In this document: positions 1 through 9,776 of the stretch, one piece after another
Position numbering within the stretch: the first letter of the stretch is position 1
Layout: the number at the start of each line of letters is the position of its first letter
Source: Variovorax sp.
GTDB taxonomy: Bacteria; Pseudomonadota; Gammaproteobacteria; Burkholderiales; Burkholderiaceae_C
Reading direction: 5' to 3'
DNA: 48,911 nt
Assembly: GCA_043720775.1 (NCBI GenBank)
Contig: JAYSRZ010000083.1
Coordinates: 1-48,911 of the forward strand
The notes under the pieces: generated by a model
What the model was told of the DNA's origin: nothing
Seen by the model: the letters and a program-made list of their open reading frames with translations, nothing else
Database searches by the model: none
Position numbers and translations under genes: made by a program

Positions 1-44
1 TGCGCAGATTCTATGCCGGCTATCGGCCTATTTGACATATAAAA
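1..44 (+). repeat. 64-bp degenerate motif, copy 1 (partial; inside aldolase CDS, antisense)
   Basis: gcgc-agattctatg-ccggctatc-ggcc-tattt-gacatataaaa; close to the right part of the 34067-34130 copy. Confidence 0.7.
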
Positions 45-272
45 CATCAATGTGTGCAAAACCATCTGTGCATGCGCCAACTCTTGCCCCACAGGCGCAC
101 CATCTTCGCAATCCAGAGTCACATCCATGACGCAAGAGCCGAACTCTTCGATGAGCTCAGCTTGCAGAGCCAGGGACTTTTTCATGCGGGCTTCCACGCC
201 GCAGTAATGATCAACCACAGGCAGCTGGAACGCAGCTGCAGATGAGCCGAGGAGTACTTCGCGGGGATGCAT
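1..272 (-). CDS. HpcH/HpaI aldolase / citrate lyase beta-like protein (5' part, runs off window start)
   Basis: Manual translation from ATG at 272: MHPREVLLGSSAAAFQLPVVDHYCGVEARMKKSLALQAELIEEFGSCVMDVTLDCEDGAPVG. DCEDG motif; this family is usually next to mdh in Burkholderiales. Not in the ORF track because it is truncated. Confidence 0.8.
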   Translation of the reverse strand, partial: MHPREVLLGSSAAAFQLPVVDHYCGVEARMKKSLALQAELIEEFGSCVMDVTLDCEDGAPVGQELAHAQMVLHTLMFYMSNRPIAGIESA

Positions 273-296
273 TTGATTTGAGAGAAGTAATTTAAC

Positions 297-418
297 GAGC
301 CGTAGCGAGCGGGTGTCAGGCTAGGCGCGGAGGGCTTCATAAACCGCAGCGTACCGAAGAGTACGTGAGGATTTATGTAGGCATCCGCAACGACGCATCA
401 CACCCGCGCAGTAGGCTT
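297..418. repeat. ~120-bp imperfect palindromic intergenic element (ERIC/REP-like)
   Basis: Ends gagccgtagcgagcgggtgt / acacccgcgcagtaggctt are imperfect inverted repeats; central hairpin cataaacc..gcgtac-cgaaga-gtacgt..gatttatg. Confidence 0.55.
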
Positions 419-1403
419 AGACAAGATGAGCCACGCCAGCTTGCTCGTCGGTCAGCTCTTTCAGCGTCAAGTTGATGCGCTCTTGGCTGAATGCGTCAAT
501 GGCCAAACCTTCAAAAATCTTGTATTCGCCGCCTTCGCAGGTCACGGGGAAGCCAAACATCACGTCTTTTGGAATGCCGTATTCGCCATTCGATGGGATG
601 CCCATCGTGACCCATTTGCCGTTCGTGCCCAGCGCCCAATCGCGCATGTGGTCAATCGCTGCATTGGCGGCCGATGCTGCGGAAGACAAACCGCGCGCTG
701 CAATGATGGCTGCGCCGCGCTTGCCCACGGTTGGCAAGAAGGTGTCTGCATTCCACACTTGATCGTTGATCATGTCTTTCACCGATGCACCGCCGATGGT
801 GGCAAAACGATAGTCGGCATACATCGTGGGCGAGTGGTTGCCCCACACGCAGAGTTTTTGAATGTCGCCCACGGCTTTGCTGGTTTTGGCAGCGATTTGC
901 GAGGCGGCGCGGTTGTGATCGAGGCGCAGCATGGCGGTGAAATTCTTGCGTGGCAAATCGGGGGCGCTCTTCATGGCGATGTAGGCATTGGTGTTGGCGG
1001 GGTTGCCCACCACGAGCACGCGCACGTTGCGTGAAGCAACTGCGTTCAGCGCCTTGCCTTGTGCGGTGAAGATCGCACCGTTGATCGACAAGAGTTCTGC
1101 GCGCTCCATGCCAGGGCCGCGCGGGCGTGAGCCTACGAGCAGGGCGTAATCCGTGTCTTTGAACGCGGTCATCGGGTCAGAATGCGCTTCCATGCCCACG
1201 AGCAAGGGGAAGGCGCAATCTTCTAATTCCATCATCACGCCCTTGAGTGCGTTTTGTGCTTTCTCATCAGGGATTTCAAGCAATTGCAAAATCACAGGCT
1301 GATCTTTGCCCAGCATTTCGCCAGAGGCGATACGAAACAACAGGGCATAGCCAATTTGGCCAGCAGCGCCGGTGACGGCTACGCGAACGGGTTTCTTGCT
1401 CAT
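417..1403 (-). CDS. mdh: Malate dehydrogenase
   Basis: [29 protein letters not shown] and WGNHS motifs; 328 aa. Confidence 0.98.
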   Translation of the reverse strand: MSKKPVRVAVTGAAGQIGYALLFRIASGEMLGKDQPVILQLLEIPDEKAQNALKGVMMELEDCAFPLLVGMEAHSDPMTAFKDTDYALLVGSRPRGPGMERAELLSINGAIFTAQGKALNAVASRNVRVLVVGNPANTNAYIAMKSAPDLPRKNFTAMLRLDHNRAASQIAAKTSKAVGDIQKLCVWGNHSPTMYADYRFATIGGASVKDMINDQVWNADTFLPTVGKRGAAIIAARGLSSAASAANAAIDHMRDWALGTNGKWVTMGIPSNGEYGIPKDVMFGFPVTCEGGEYKIFEGLAIDAFSQERINLTLKELTDEQAGVAHLV

Positions 1404-1532
1404 GGGAGGCTCCTAGGTTTGAAGATGAAAAAACGAAAACTGGCTGATGAAACGTCTCGGTAACTTGTCGCTTTCAAGGCGTTCCAGCAAAGCCCTAGAG
1501 TTTACCCTCGAAAGCGCTGCATGGGCATTTTG

Positions 1533-1551
1533 TCTTATGTCTTATATAAGA
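1533..1551. promoter_or_regulatory. SdhR-type (GntR/HutC) operator
   Basis: TCTTATGTCTTATATAAGA, containing the palindrome TCTTATATAAGA, between mdh and the GntR gene; matches the recalled betaproteobacterial SdhR motif. Confidence 0.75.
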
Positions 1552-1558
1552 TAAACTA

Positions 1559-2350
1559 GTGAAAATTCAAGGATCTCCGCAAGCCATGGCTATTTCCCCG
1601 GACGCATACGATGCGCCCACCCTCGCACCGCTTTTCACCCCGCTATACAGCCAGATCAAAACTCTGATCTTGCAGAGCTTGCAGGCGGGCGAGTGGAAAC
1701 CGGGCGAGGCGATTCCAAGTGAAATGGATTTGGCGGCGAGATACCGCGTTAGCCAAGGCACGGTGCGCAAAGCTGTTGATGAACTAGCCGCTGAAAACTT
1801 GGTCAACCGTCGCCAAGGCAAAGGCACGTTTGTGGCCACGCATGAAGAACAGCAAGTGCAGTTTCGCTTTTTGAAGCTCGTGCCTGATGATGGCAAGCCT
1901 GGCAGTGAAGGCCCAGCAGAGCGAGAGATTTTAGAATGCAAAAAGACGCGAGCCGCGGCTGAGATCGCCAAGCTGCTTGGCATGCGCACGAGTGACGCAG
2001 TATTGCAAATCCGCCGCGTGCTCGGCTTCAAAGGAGTACCCACGATTTTGGAAGATATCTGGCTTCCCGCCGCAGCGTTCAAAGGATTAACGGCAGAGCA
2101 TTTGGCTCTCTACCCCGGCCCTTCGTATGCGCTGTTTGAGACCGAATACAACATCCGCATGCTCAGAGCTGACGAAAAAATTCGCGCTTTGTCGGCATCA
2201 ATAGAGCAAAGCTTGCTATTAAAAGTGAAGCAAGACACGCCCTTGCTCTTCGTCGAGCGCGTGGCCTTTACCTACCGCGACACCCCGATGGAGCTGCGGC
2301 GTGGCTACTACCGCACCGATACGCACCACTATTTCAACACGCTGAATTAG
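1559..2350 (+). CDS. GntR/HutC-family regulator (wHTH + UTRA), SdhR-like; start may be slightly downstream
   Basis: PLYSQIK..IPSEMDLAARYRVSQGTVRKA..QGKGTFV; UTRA C-terminus; divergent from mdh. Confidence 0.92.
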   Translation: MKIQGSPQAMAISPDAYDAPTLAPLFTPLYSQIKTLILQSLQAGEWKPGEAIPSEMDLAARYRVSQGTVRKAVDELAAENLVNRRQGKGTFVATHEEQQVQFRFLKLVPDDGKPGSEGPAEREILECKKTRAAAEIAKLLGMRTSDAVLQIRRVLGFKGVPTILEDIWLPAAAFKGLTAEHLALYPGPSYALFETEYNIRMLRADEKIRALSASIEQSLLLKVKQDTPLLFVERVAFTYRDTPMELRRGYYRTDTHHYFNTLN

Positions 2351-2862
2351 CCTTTTTTCTCGCATCCGCGACTTGAGGTTCTTTGCAAGCAACGATCTCG
2401 CGGATAAGGTGTTTTTTCTAAAATTGATGTCACCATTTTCTCGTAGAACTCTACATCGCGAGAGCCTGAATACACATCATAAACTTCATCGTTAACAAAG
2501 ATAACAACTTGTGGCGAGCCGCCAATTCCAGCAGTAGCAATTCTCATCTTATCGCCTAGTGGCTTAACACGGCCAGGTAAAAAGAACCCGCTGGGAACGG
2601 GAGAACTGACGGTTTTTGTGACAAACGTCCACTCCAGTTTAGAAAAAGCAGGCGATTTCTGCAATATCGGAAATTCGAGGCCGCGAAAAGTAATGCACGG
2701 AGGACAGTCGTTACCGCCAAAATAGACTACGTGAATATGCTGAGGCTTATTTTCAGCAGGTTGCATTGTTTTTGACGCATCTTGCGCTACCGCTATTGAG
2801 TGAGATAGAGCTATTACGCAAACCGCTAAAAACAGTTTTTTCAATAATATGTAAACTGGCAT
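2347..2862 (-). CDS. Exported hypothetical protein with thioredoxin-like CxxC
   Basis: N-terminal signal peptide (KKLFLAVCVIALSHSIAVA); VVYFGGNDCPPC; AT-richer than neighbours. Confidence 0.6.
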   Translation of the reverse strand: MPVYILLKKLFLAVCVIALSHSIAVAQDASKTMQPAENKPQHIHVVYFGGNDCPPCITFRGLEFPILQKSPAFSKLEWTFVTKTVSSPVPSGFFLPGRVKPLGDKMRIATAGIGGSPQVVIFVNDEVYDVYSGSRDVEFYEKMVTSILEKTPYPRDRCLQRTSSRGCEKKG

Positions 2863-2959
2863 TTTCTATTTCCTTGACTTTAATCTCACATTTTCTGTTT
2901 GCATTCTACATGTGAGCCATTCAACCGCCAGCACGCTAACTGATGACTTTGAAGCACCG

Positions 2960-4231
2960 CTAGAGGCGCAAATGAGCACGTCTTTGAGTCGCTAAATTGC
3001 CCTCTAGTCTTTCGGCTAAGCTACTGTAGTCTGCTCGGCTCACACCGCAACTTTGAAAGTGTTTTTGCCAACCATTGACGACGTTGACTACGCGCACGAC
3101 TTGTGCATTAGCCTCAAGCGCAGTCAAGCCGAAAAGTAGACATTGGCTCATCGCGTTATCCAAGCTGGATTCGTTTCCTTCCAAACCCACGCCGAATTCT
3201 TGCCGACCTTGGCCTGAATTGGTAGGCAACACGTCGTAAGCTGGAGACAGGCGCAAGCGGCCAAAGCGGGTGGGCTCGGTGACCAAGAGAGCATGGTTTT
3301 TCTCATGATCATCAGTGTTGTCGATCAAGATGTTGAACACCATGCGTCGAAACAGCTCATGCATGTCTTGTTGATTGATCCCATCTTTCGATATGCCGGC
3401 GCGGCGCAGCAATTGCGCGAGCGCGGGGTAGCTCAAGTCGGCCGTTTGAGCATCGGCTGATTCTGCATAAAGCGCCGTACCAGCCGAGATGCAATGAATG
3501 CGCTGGCCTCCTGCACGATCAAAGCGTTTGACGAGCAGCGCATGCTCGCCCGAGAGGCGCAGTGCCCTAGTCTCAGCCACGCGAATGCCGGCTTTTGCAG
3601 CTAAAGTCATTGCGGCATGCTCAATCAAGGGCACATCAATCGGCTCGCCATTGAAAAACTTGATCACCCATTGCTCACCATCGATCTCAATCAAGGCCTT
3701 GGGCTTAGCGCCGCCAAAGCTGCCACCTGCTAAGATCATTTGCTGCTCTAGCGCAGTGATGGGCTCTTTTGCGCTGATTTTGGCTGCCACTTCACTCAGA
3801 GCTTGTGCATCGGCTAATCGCGGTAGTGGGCTACGTGGGCGAGGGGCGTATTCTTCGCTGGAGGTGGATACGCCTAAAGCACCAAAGCGATCATCGCCCG
3901 CGTAATACAAATACTCCATGAGCGAGAGGCGAGGCGGCTTGTCAATGAACTGAATCACGCGCTCGCCCCAGCGATCGGGCCGCGCATCGTCTATCGCGCC
4001 TGCAGCCAAGCCTCTGCCTCGCGGAAAATGCTCGGCATCGATCAATGGCAAATCTTCGCTCAGTGGGAAGCCTTGCGCTAGCCATCTCGGCGCATAACGA
4101 AGAGATACGCCTTTGCCTACGGCCATGAACTGCAAATCGCCCACGAGCCGGGGGGATAAAGGATCGCCCAGAAACCATAGGCTGAGCGCATCGAATGGCG
4201 CAAGCAAGGGCTTGGGCTTGGGTGTGTTCAC
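2960..4231 (-). CDS. hipA: HipA-family toxin kinase
   Basis: GGAKPKA, KRFDR, DNTDDHEKN and LSPAYD motifs; N-terminal coupling domain (PDRWGERVI). Confidence 0.93.
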   Translation of the reverse strand: MNTPKPKPLLAPFDALSLWFLGDPLSPRLVGDLQFMAVGKGVSLRYAPRWLAQGFPLSEDLPLIDAEHFPRGRGLAAGAIDDARPDRWGERVIQFIDKPPRLSLMEYLYYAGDDRFGALGVSTSSEEYAPRPRSPLPRLADAQALSEVAAKISAKEPITALEQQMILAGGSFGGAKPKALIEIDGEQWVIKFFNGEPIDVPLIEHAAMTLAAKAGIRVAETRALRLSGEHALLVKRFDRAGGQRIHCISAGTALYAESADAQTADLSYPALAQLLRRAGISKDGINQQDMHELFRRMVFNILIDNTDDHEKNHALLVTEPTRFGRLRLSPAYDVLPTNSGQGRQEFGVGLEGNESSLDNAMSQCLLFGLTALEANAQVVRVVNVVNGWQKHFQSCGVSRADYSSLAERLEGNLATQRRAHLRL

Positions 4232-4608
4232 GGTGCGTTGCTCGATTTCGCTTGGCTGCGTGCGAGCTTAGAAGCTGCTGAGGCTTGCGCACGCCCTTTG
4301 CCCAGTTGCACGGCAGCTCTTACATCCAGCTCCAAAGCACCCCGATCATGCTCAGGCGCGGCCAACTCAGTCAGCGCCGCACTGCGCCCTATGAGCCAAA
4401 GCGCGGTGGTATACAAGCCGATGCCTACGCCTGCTTCGCCCGCTTCCATGCGCATGAGCGTAGGCACCGATGTGCCAATACGTGCTGCCCACGAGGCTAA
4501 TGATTCTTTGCGCCGCAGCCGCGCCACTGCCAAGTCTGCGCCTAGCTTGCGCAGGCCAGCGGCTGCGGCGGGAGGCATGTGGGATAGCGCAGCAGGAGAC
4601 TTTGGCAT
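4228..4608 (-). CDS. XRE/HTH antitoxin partner of HipA
   Basis: LAVARLRRKESLASWAARIGTSVPTLMRMEAG HTH; 4-nt overlap with hipA; ATG at 4608 chosen. Confidence 0.85.
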   Translation of the reverse strand: MPKSPAALSHMPPAAAAGLRKLGADLAVARLRRKESLASWAARIGTSVPTLMRMEAGEAGVGIGLYTTALWLIGRSAALTELAAPEHDRGALELDVRAAVQLGKGRAQASAASKLARSQAKSSNAP

Positions 4609-4712
4609 AACAAAGATTATATCAATTAAGCAATTTTTGTAAATATCTTTGTTTATATTTATTGAATATTTTCCATCAAACCAAGATACCAATCTTCTGG
4701 CAAACTGCTGTC

Positions 4713-4883
4713 ATGCCGGATAAAAAACAATCAAGCGCTAACTTCAAAGGTAACAAATCCTATTTGCCGAGCAAGCCCTGTGTGACTTGCGGCAAGGAGA
4801 TGACTTGGCGCAAAAGCTGGGAGAAGAATTGGGAGAGCGTGAAATATTGTTCCGAGGCTTGCAGGCGGGCAAAATCGGGTTGA
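4713..4883 (+). CDS. DUF2256-family small Cys-rich protein
   Basis: LPSKPCVTCGKEMTWRKSWEKNWESVKYCSEACRR. Confidence 0.85.
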   Translation: MPDKKQSSANFKGNKSYLPSKPCVTCGKEMTWRKSWEKNWESVKYCSEACRRAKSG

Positions 4884-4956
4884 TATATTGAATATCGTAT
4901 AAGTTGTATACGTTTGGCCAAATAAAATACGGTATTGCAAAAAAGGTAATGAATTC

Positions 4957-6444
4957 ATGAGCCAAGTCACCAATACTGTTCGCTTTGTCTTAGACGGACA
5001 AATCGTAGAAGCCCAAGGCAAGCGCCGCACGACGACTGTGCTGGATTTTTTGCGCGAAGGCTTGGATCGCAAGGGCACGAAAGAGGGCTGCGCGGAGGGC
5101 GATTGCGGGGCTTGCGTGGTGCTCGTGGGGCAATTGAACGCAGTAGGCACAGGTGTTGACTATGTGCCTGTGAACTCTTGCATGCAGCTCCTGCCTTCGC
5201 TCGATGGCAAATCCCTCAAAACTGTCGAAAGCTTAAAAAAATCTGACGGCACGCTGCATCCGATTCAAAAAGAAATGGTCGACTGCTTTGGCTCGCAATG
5301 CGGCTTTTGCACGCCGGGCATTGTGATGTCGCTCACGGGCATGGTGCAGACTAATGCTTGCCCAAGCCGTGCGCAGGTCAACGATGCACTGTCTGGCAAT
5401 CTCTGCCGCTGCACGGGCTACAAGCCCATCATTGACGCAACGATGAAGGCTTGCCAGCGGCCAGCGGCTGAGCTCAAGATTGAAGACGGATCAGACGTTG
5501 CTTTGCTCAAAGAAATTGCTCGCGATAAACAGCCAACTTTGGGGCTCGAGGGCCAGATCGTGATTCAGCCTGTGGTGCGCACGAAAAAAGGCAGCGAGTT
5601 TGTCTCGCCATCCACGGTGGATGAAGTCGCTCAATATTTGAAGGATTACCCTCAAGCCACGCTGCTCGCTGGCAGCACGGAAATCGGTTTGCAAGTGAAT
5701 AAGCAGTTTGCGCGGCCTGAGAACATTTGCTATTTGGGCAATGTCTCTGAATTGATGGCGGTGAAAGAAACTGCTGCGGCTTGGATGATCGGCGCAGCCG
5801 TTCCTCTGGAGCAAGTGATGAATTTGGTGAGCGACTCTTACGCAGATTTCGCCGAAGTGCTGCGCCGCTTCGGCTCGCCGCCGATTCGCTCGACCGCCAC
5901 ACTTGCCGGCAATATTGCCAACGGCTCGCCAATTGGCGACACCATGCCTTGCCTGATGGCTCTTGGCGCTCAGCTGCATCTGCGCAAAGGCGATAAAAAG
6001 CGCGTGGTGGCACTCGATGCTTTCTACACCGGCATGAAAACCAATGTGATGCAAGCCGGCGAATTCATCACCGCGATTGAGCTGTCCAAGCCGAAAGCGG
6101 CCAGCAAATTTAAGGCACACAAAATTAGCAAACGCTTCGATCAAGACATCTCGGCCACTTGCGCTGCGATGAGCTTTGAATTATCGAACGGCAAGCTGAA
6201 AAATGTCAAGCTCGCCTACAACGGCATGGCGCCAGCGCCTTGCCGTGCCCCGAAGATCGAGGCTGTTCTCGAAGGCAAATCACCATTCGATGTAAAGGCC
6301 GCAGAGATTGATGCAGCGATCACGGCGAGCTTCCCTGCGCGAGATGGTCTGCGTGCGACATGGGCCTATCGCTCACTCGTCGCCCGCAATCTCGTGCTCG
6401 AATTTGTGGAATCTGCCAACCCAGTTATGAAGGAAGCCGCGTAA
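4957..6444 (+). CDS. xdhA: Xanthine dehydrogenase Fe-S/FAD subunit
   Basis: GTKEGCAEGDCGAC, QCGFCTPG, GNLCRCTGY, GNIANGSPIGD, KISKRFDQDISA. Confidence 0.96.
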   Translation: MSQVTNTVRFVLDGQIVEAQGKRRTTTVLDFLREGLDRKGTKEGCAEGDCGACVVLVGQLNAVGTGVDYVPVNSCMQLLPSLDGKSLKTVESLKKSDGTLHPIQKEMVDCFGSQCGFCTPGIVMSLTGMVQTNACPSRAQVNDALSGNLCRCTGYKPIIDATMKACQRPAAELKIEDGSDVALLKEIARDKQPTLGLEGQIVIQPVVRTKKGSEFVSPSTVDEVAQYLKDYPQATLLAGSTEIGLQVNKQFARPENICYLGNVSELMAVKETAAAWMIGAAVPLEQVMNLVSDSYADFAEVLRRFGSPPIRSTATLAGNIANGSPIGDTMPCLMALGAQLHLRKGDKKRVVALDAFYTGMKTNVMQAGEFITAIELSKPKAASKFKAHKISKRFDQDISATCAAMSFELSNGKLKNVKLAYNGMAPAPCRAPKIEAVLEGKSPFDVKAAEIDAAITASFPARDGLRATWAYRSLVARNLVLEFVESANPVMKEAA

Positions 6445-8876
6445 TGAATGCTCCAACAACACTCAAGCAGTTGATGCCTGCCGCTACCGAAGGGGCTTCC
6501 ACAAGCCCGCAAGCAGAGCAGGGCACAAACCTCATTCACGAATCCGCACATCTGCACGTCACGGGCGCTGCGGTTTACACCGACGATATCCCCGAGCTGC
6601 GCGGCACGCTGTATGCAGCGATCATCATGTCGCCGGTCGCGCATGGCGAGTTGATTGGCGACGGCATTGATCGCGAAGCGATTCTCTCGATGCACGGCGT
6701 GGTTGCGGTCTATACCGCCAAAGACATTCCCGGTGAAAACAATTGCGGCCCGATCGTTCATGATGATCCGTTTCTCGCTGCAGGCAAGGTTGAATTCCTC
6801 GGGCAAGCAGTGGCGGTGGTCGTGGCCAAGGACATGCTCTACGCGCGCGAAGCCGCCAATCATGCCAAAGTGCTTGTGAAAGAGCTGCCTGCGATTCTCA
6901 CGATTGAAGAAGCGCTTGAAGCGCAATCCTTCCTTATGCCGGCCAAGGGAATTACGCGCGGCAAACCGGCCGAGGCCATTGCCGCCGCGCCCCACAAATT
7001 GAGCGGGTCAACATATTGCGGCCAGCAAGAGCAGTTTTATCTCGAAGGCCAGATCACGTATGCCGTGCCGCGTGAAGATGATCAGCTCACGCTTTATGTT
7101 TCAACGCAACACCCCGATGGCAATCAGCGCGAAGCCGCTGCCGCGCTGAACTTGACGACCAAAGACGTAGAAGTCATCTGCCGGCGCATGGGCGGCGGCT
7201 TCGGCGGCAAAGAAGGCAATGCCTCGATCTTCTCGCAATCCGCCGCGCTTGCTGCACACAAATTGCAAAAGCCCATCAAGCTGCGCGTCAACCGCGATGA
7301 CGACATGATGATCACTGGCAAGCGCCATGATTTTCGCCATGATTACACCGTGGGCTTTGACGATGAAGGCCGCATCTTAGGCGTCGATTTCATGCTCGCA
7401 TCGCGCTGCGGATACAGCATGGATTACTCCGGCCCGGTGAACAACCGCGCTGTCTTGCACATTGATAATTGCTACTACCTGCCGAACCTTAATATCATCA
7501 GCCACCGCTGCAAAACCAATACGCAAAGCGCCACTGCTTTCCGTGGCTTCGGCGGGCCGCAGGGCATGTTTGGCATTGAAACGGTGATTGAAGAAATTGC
7601 GCAGACGCTGGGTAAAGATGCGCTCGATGTGCGCAAAATCAATCTTTATCAAGAGCCTGCTGCCTCTGGCAACGCGGAGAGCATGACCACCCAATACGGC
7701 CAGAAGATTGAAGATTGGGTCGGCGATAAGCTGATCGCGCAAGTGGAGGCCGAATCTAAATACCGCGAGCGCCGCATAGCCGTCAACGCATTCAACGCAG
7801 CCAACAAAACCCGCAAGCGCGGCGTCGCCCTCGTGCCCCTCAAATTCGGCATCAGCTTCACAGCCACCATGCTCAACCAAGGCGGCGCGCTGCTCAATAT
7901 TTACATGGATGGCTCGGTGAGCGTCAACCATGGTGGCACGGAAATGGGGCAGGGCTTAAACACGAAGATGCAGCAAGTCTGCGCTGATGGCTTGGGCATA
8001 TCCACAAGCTTCGTGCGAGTCACCGCCGCGGATACACAGAAAGTGCCCAACGCTTCTGCCACCTCCGCATCGAGCGGCGCAGATATCAATGGCGCAGCAA
8101 TCATGAATGCTTGCGATCAAATGCGCGCACGCCTCGCTCCTGTGGCCGCGCGTATGTTGCAATGCGAGCCCAATGCTATTAAATTCATAGCTGGTCACGC
8201 AGTATCCACGGGCGGAAATGGCCAAAATGATCATGAAAAATCTGTGGAATGGACGAAGGTCATCAAGCAAGCATGGCTAGACCGCGTGGGGCTCTCAGTC
8301 GCCGGCTTTTACATGACGCCCGAGATCGCCTATGACTTCGAGACGCTGCAAGGTAAAGCGTTTTACTACTTCTGCTACGGCGCAGCAGTCAGCGAAGTAG
8401 AGATCGACACGCGCACCGGCGAGCTCTGGCTCAGAGCCGTAGACATCGTGCACGACGCCGGCCAAAGCATCAACCCAGCGATCGACATCGGCCAAATCGA
8501 AGGCGCGTACATCCAAGGCATGGGCTGGCTCACGATGGAAGAATGCGTGTGGGATTTGAAGGGCAAGAAAACAGCCGATGGCTTCAGCGGACGCGGAAAA
8601 TTCCTAACCCACGGCCCCAGCACCTACAAAATCCCCGTAGCCAGCGATGTGCCCGAGCATTTCAACGTGAAGCTGTTCGACAACCAAAACCTAAAGCCCA
8701 CGCCCTTCCGCAGCAAAGCCGTCGGCGAGCCACCGCTCATGCTCGCTCTATCGAGCTACTTCGCAGTGCGCGATGCGGTCAGCGCCAGCGCAGATCACAA
8801 AAAGCGAGTTGCCTTCAAAGCCCCGGCCACGCCAGAGCGCATTTTGATGGCTTGTGAGGCGTTAAAAGCGGCGTAA
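6444..8876 (+). CDS. xdhB: Xanthine dehydrogenase molybdopterin subunit
   Basis: HESAHLHVTG, RMGGGFGGKE, AFRGFGGPQG, GTEMGQGL, SKAVGEPP; ATG overlaps the xdhA stop. Confidence 0.96.
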   Translation: MNAPTTLKQLMPAATEGASTSPQAEQGTNLIHESAHLHVTGAAVYTDDIPELRGTLYAAIIMSPVAHGELIGDGIDREAILSMHGVVAVYTAKDIPGENNCGPIVHDDPFLAAGKVEFLGQAVAVVVAKDMLYAREAANHAKVLVKELPAILTIEEALEAQSFLMPAKGITRGKPAEAIAAAPHKLSGSTYCGQQEQFYLEGQITYAVPREDDQLTLYVSTQHPDGNQREAAAALNLTTKDVEVICRRMGGGFGGKEGNASIFSQSAALAAHKLQKPIKLRVNRDDDMMITGKRHDFRHDYTVGFDDEGRILGVDFMLASRCGYSMDYSGPVNNRAVLHIDNCYYLPNLNIISHRCKTNTQSATAFRGFGGPQGMFGIETVIEEIAQTLGKDALDVRKINLYQEPAASGNAESMTTQYGQKIEDWVGDKLIAQVEAESKYRERRIAVNAFNAANKTRKRGVALVPLKFGISFTATMLNQGGALLNIYMDGSVSVNHGGTEMGQGLNTKMQQVCADGLGISTSFVRVTAADTQKVPNASATSASSGADINGAAIMNACDQMRARLAPVAARMLQCEPNAIKFIAGHAVSTGGNGQNDHEKSVEWTKVIKQAWLDRVGLSVAGFYMTPEIAYDFETLQGKAFYYFCYGAAVSEVEIDTRTGELWLRAVDIVHDAGQSINPAIDIGQIEGAYIQGMGWLTMEECVWDLKGKKTADGFSGRGKFLTHGPSTYKIPVASDVPEHFNVKLFDNQNLKPTPFRSKAVGEPPLMLALSSYFAVRDAVSASADHKKRVAFKAPATPERILMACEALKAA
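8175..8240 (+). repeat. 64-bp motif, copy 2 (in xdhB; encodes AIKFIAGHAVSTGGNGQNDHEK)
   Basis: gctattaaattcatagc-tggtc-acgc-agtatccacg-ggcggaaat-ggcc-aaaat-gatcatgaaaaa. Confidence 0.85.
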
Positions 8877-8932
8877 CTGGAGTTCGTGGGGGTCGTGGCC
8901 ATTACGGCGTTTCTGATAACATCGCCGATGAT

Positions 8933-9394
8933 ATGAAGAATTCGCCCGAAATCGTGTTGGACACCAATGTGCTGGTCAGTGCCTTGCGCAGCAGCTTGGG
9001 GCCTTCGTTTGCATTGGTGCAAGCTGTACGGGATCAGCAAATCACTTTGCGCTGCAGTCCAGCTTTGTTTTTGGAATACGAAGATGTTCTCAATCGTGCG
9101 GAGCAGTTGAGCAGCTTCGGATTAAGCGCTGCGGATATTGAAGTGGTGTTGGCTGATCTGGCAACGTATGTCAAGCCGGTCATCACCCATTATCAATGGC
9201 GGCCTCAATTGCGCGATCCTTCCGATGAGATGGTGTTGGAGGCAGCAGTCAACGCTCCGGGCTCAGTCATCGTCACCTACAACCTGCGTGACTTTTCACC
9301 CGCAGCGAACTTTGGCATCAAGGTTTTTAATCCCGAGCAAACTTTTCGCTATTTTTCTTTTTCCCGGCCCACACTGAAAGGAAATCCACTATGA
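8933..9394 (+). CDS. PIN-domain toxin
   Basis: IVLDTNVLVSALRS, LRDPSDEMVLEAA, IVTYNLRDF. Confidence 0.92.
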   Translation: MKNSPEIVLDTNVLVSALRSSLGPSFALVQAVRDQQITLRCSPALFLEYEDVLNRAEQLSSFGLSAADIEVVLADLATYVKPVITHYQWRPQLRDPSDEMVLEAAVNAPGSVIVTYNLRDFSPAANFGIKVFNPEQTFRYFSFSRPTLKGNPL

Positions 9395-9639
9395 GCAGCT
9401 ACGCCCTACGTCTCCCCGAATCCTTAAAAGCTGCGTCCAAGCGAATTGCCGCCGAAGACGACACCACCATGAATCAATTCTTTGTAGTCGCTATTGCAGA
9501 AAAAATCAGTGCGATGGAAACAGCCGATTTTTTTGAGCGTCGCAGTGCTAATGCATCTAAAGCCAAGGCGGATAAAGTGTGGGCCAAAGTTGGCAGCAAA
9601 ATGCCACAGCGGCAAGACCAATGGACATCAGAATCCTGA
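9391..9639 (+). CDS. RHH antitoxin (HicB-like C-terminal RHH type)
   Basis: YALRLPESLK..MNQFFVVAIAEKISA; 4-nt overlap with the PIN gene. Confidence 0.85.
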   Translation: MSSYALRLPESLKAASKRIAAEDDTTMNQFFVVAIAEKISAMETADFFERRSANASKAKADKVWAKVGSKMPQRQDQWTSES

Positions 9640-9776
9640 TTTGATCTTTGCGATATTTGAAAGGTACGTGCTTGAAAAATATGATGGCGAAAGACCTGAG
9701 CCCTAAATGTGTACAAATCGCAAATTTCGTTGAAACCAAATAATCAATCGCCTTACAACCGCATTAAACGTAAACC

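Noticed and set aside
9640-9776. Possible gene tail (..IFAIFERYVLEKYDGERPEP*) after the antitoxin
   Set aside because: Too short to assign without a search
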